Source: Somniosus microcephalus
Taxonomy: Eukaryota
Reading direction: 5' to 3'
NCBI GenBank assembly: GCA_052327205.1
Contig: CM126219.1
Span: forward strand, 51,398,001 to 51,462,000
DNA: 64,000 bases
Positions within the stretch are counted from its first letter, which is position 1. Every line of letters begins with the position of its first letter. Shown in pieces: positions 61,701 to 64,000 of the stretch. The notes beneath the pieces were generated by a model. That model did not search any database. It saw only the letters and a program-made list of their open reading frames with translations, and had not been told where the DNA came from. A program made the position numbers and the translations under genes.

Positions 61701-63556
61701 GTCATGCCTTTTAGTGTTCCGAGTCCTTGCTGGAACACTTCTTTCGCGTCAGTTAGGATCTTTGACAGTCACCCAGGTGTGACGTTGTCATCCTTTTTGT
61801 CAGCCACAGTCAGTGCCTGTATGGAATGCCAATCCAGTTGTATTTTCCGGATCCATTCACGTCCCAGTAATGGTGGTCCTCCATCTTGCAATACATACAG
61901 GTCTAGTTTTGGTGTTTCCTTACCGTTATATATAACGGTCACCCTTATTTTTCCTTTGGGGTAGACTTTTTGCCCCGTGTACGTCTTCAAAATAATTTTT
62001 GTGTCTCTCAAGGGTATGTGTGAGAATAGCCGCTCGTAGTCCCATCGGTTTATGACTCTTAGGGCTGATCCTGTGTCCAATTCCATCTTTACCTGGACTC
62101 CTGCTATCTTGAGAGTGACCCAAATGGTTCGATGATCCTCTGTTGTGATCACATTATGTAGTTTCAGACAACTCAGTTCCCTGCTTTCGGAGTCGTTATC
62201 ACTCTTTTGTTCGTCTGAACTATTCTCCGTTATCTTATGCACCTTCTTGTACTTTCCTTTGGTCGGTTTGTTATTGCTAGTTTTCTTTCCCGACCTGCAG
62301 ACTCGTGCTATGTGTCCTACTTTTCCACACTGTCTGCACACTTTGTCTTTGAACCAGCAATCATTCTGGTCGTGTGTTGTTCTGCCGCAGCGATAGCACT
62401 TCTCTGTTCCATATGACATTTCAGATAAAAGCCGTTTCTGGGTTCCTTCACTTTGAAGCCCACACACAAACTTGTCCCTTAAGGTATCTGCCAGGCCCGC
62501 TCCAAACTGGCAGTGTTTCGATAGTTTGCGCAGTTCTGTTAAATAATCAGCATTGCTTTCATCCTTATGCTGGTTCCGTTTGTGAAACTTGAATCTTTCT
62601 GCTATCAGCAGCGGTGTGGGGTTTAAATGTTCCTTTAGTATCGTTACTATGTCTTCAAAACTCTTTTCCATTGGCTTCGTTGTGGTTACTAGACTTCGCA
62701 ATAACCCATACGTCTTTGCACCCATTAAATTCAACAATACCGACGCTTTCTTGTCATCTGACACCTCATTTGCCTTGCAGTACACCTCTATTCGTTCGAC
62801 ATATATTTTCCAATCTTCGACTTCATTGTCAAATGCGGTGATACTGCCACTCTTCGGCATTTTGGGTGTGGTTTAAAATGGCGTCTCCCAATGGCTTAAA
62901 ATGGTGTCTCCCGCGCTTTCCTTCCTCCCCCGCTGCTGCCGGTTCTCGTGGCAATGGCGGCACCTCGCGGGTTTCTGCGCGTCTCTCTCTCCCTCTCTCC
63001 GACGCTGCTCGGCCCCTGAACACCGGCTGCGCCCTGTGCGCTCTGCCCTCTCGCTCTCTCCCCCGTCGACGCTGCTCGGCCCTTTGCTGTGCCGCTCGGT
63101 CGGGCTCTAACCCGCCACTGTCCGGGAAGGGTCTGCGCACTACCTGTTGCCAGCCCGTTTCGCTGGACCACCTCGACTGGAAAGCCAAGCCTAGCGCTCA
63201 ACAGCCTCCCCCGCAATTCTCGAGTCTCTGCTGGATGACTGGGCGGTTGCCCGTGGTCGACGCCCGAGTCTCTGGCCTTGACCTCCAATCCACTGATCTT
63301 CAGGAACGAATCCCCGGGAGGTGATGCAGAGTCGCAGGTAGGTTCGAACCTGCCTCGCCGCCAATGTTCCGTCCATGTATAATCAGACACAGACTGCAGA
63401 GAACGGTACAAACGGTGTTTACTCAACGTGGCTCAGACTGCAACTGATCTGTACAGATTACTACTCAACTTTATATACAGGTGTGGTCACTGCCGGTACA
63501 ACAGTATACATGAGCTGTAAAAAGTAGTTCCCCCCCTTAAAGGTACATACATTACA
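58715..63556 (-). mobile_element. Nested full-length Ty3/Gypsy provirus (LTRs 58715-58906, 63365-63556)
   Basis: 5-bp TSD GTGAC on both sides, TG...CA LTRs, PBS TGGCGGCGAGG, PPT AAAAGGGGAGGAA. Confidence 0.97.
59016..62860 (-). pseudogene. pol: gag-pol of the nested element, with several stops and a frameshift
   Basis: Gag with two CCHC knuckles, ELDTGS, RICGDFK, YLDD, CDAS, HIDFAGP...SDNG...AERFV. Confidence 0.95.
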
Positions 63557-64000
63557 GTGACGCTGTCTAAAAATGAATCGCCGCAGGAGGGCACATTGTG
63601 GGGCAGAGAAGTGTGTGCTTAACAGAGCCACAGCCTGATCATATGTTTGAATTGAGTCTGCTGTGCATAATGTCCCAAGAACACGCTGGCCCTCTGCTCC
63701 CAAGCAATTGGATAACAGTGCCTTTTTCCAAGCCGTACTCACAGTTTCTAGTCCAAGAGCAATGAGGTAGGTTTCAAAGGACTGTAACCAGCGAACCCAT
63801 GGGATCGGGGGCTCACCTGGTAGTGCAAGGAAGGGAGGAGGTGGTGGAAGAGAGATTTCAGCCATCCTTGTCGCCAAATGTTGCGTTTGCAAAGATAATC
63901 CAGAGACCGTAAGCAGAGTTCAGTTCATGTTGCTTCTTTAATGGCTCCCACACACACACACACACTTCCAGGCAAAAGCAATCGAATACCTATACACAAT

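Larger units (their letters stand above)
54837..64000 (-). mobile_element. Outer Ty3/Gypsy provirus (3' LTR 54837-55033; 5' LTR from 63879, running off the window)
   Basis: Matching LTRs, purine tract at 55034-55046 on minus, PBS TGGCGACAAGGATGG (tRNA-Ser-like) at 63862-63876; gag split by a nested element. Confidence 0.95.

Overview
Vertebrate genomic DNA, very likely shark/elasmobranch judging by the CR1, L2, Penelope, DeuSINE and Harbinger/MITE repertoire. It is almost entirely transposable-element derived, and no intact host gene is recognisable. The stand-out object is at 1-4309: the 3' part of a non-autonomous Ty3/Gypsy LTR element with a single uninterrupted 984-aa ORF (668-3622). The ORF encodes Gag and protease but, in place of RT/RNase H/integrase, carries an in-frame, intron-less mosaic of host-gene pieces that I recognise from memory as STK10/SLK-, ANKRD24- (two pieces), EVI5- and DNAJC21-like. 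A related Gypsy element with full pol (58715-63556, minus strand) shares its Gag/protease and an LTR core motif and is the likely helper lineage. Other contents: a Gypsy-in-Gypsy nest, a CsRn1-clade Gypsy provirus, a near-intact Harbinger transposon plus a derivative and MITEs, a non-autonomous Helitron, Penelope insertions with TSDs, several CR1/L2/Rex/L1-Tx1 fragments, a DeuSINE and a 56-bp minisatellite. All protein assignments come from motif recognition and recall, not database searches.
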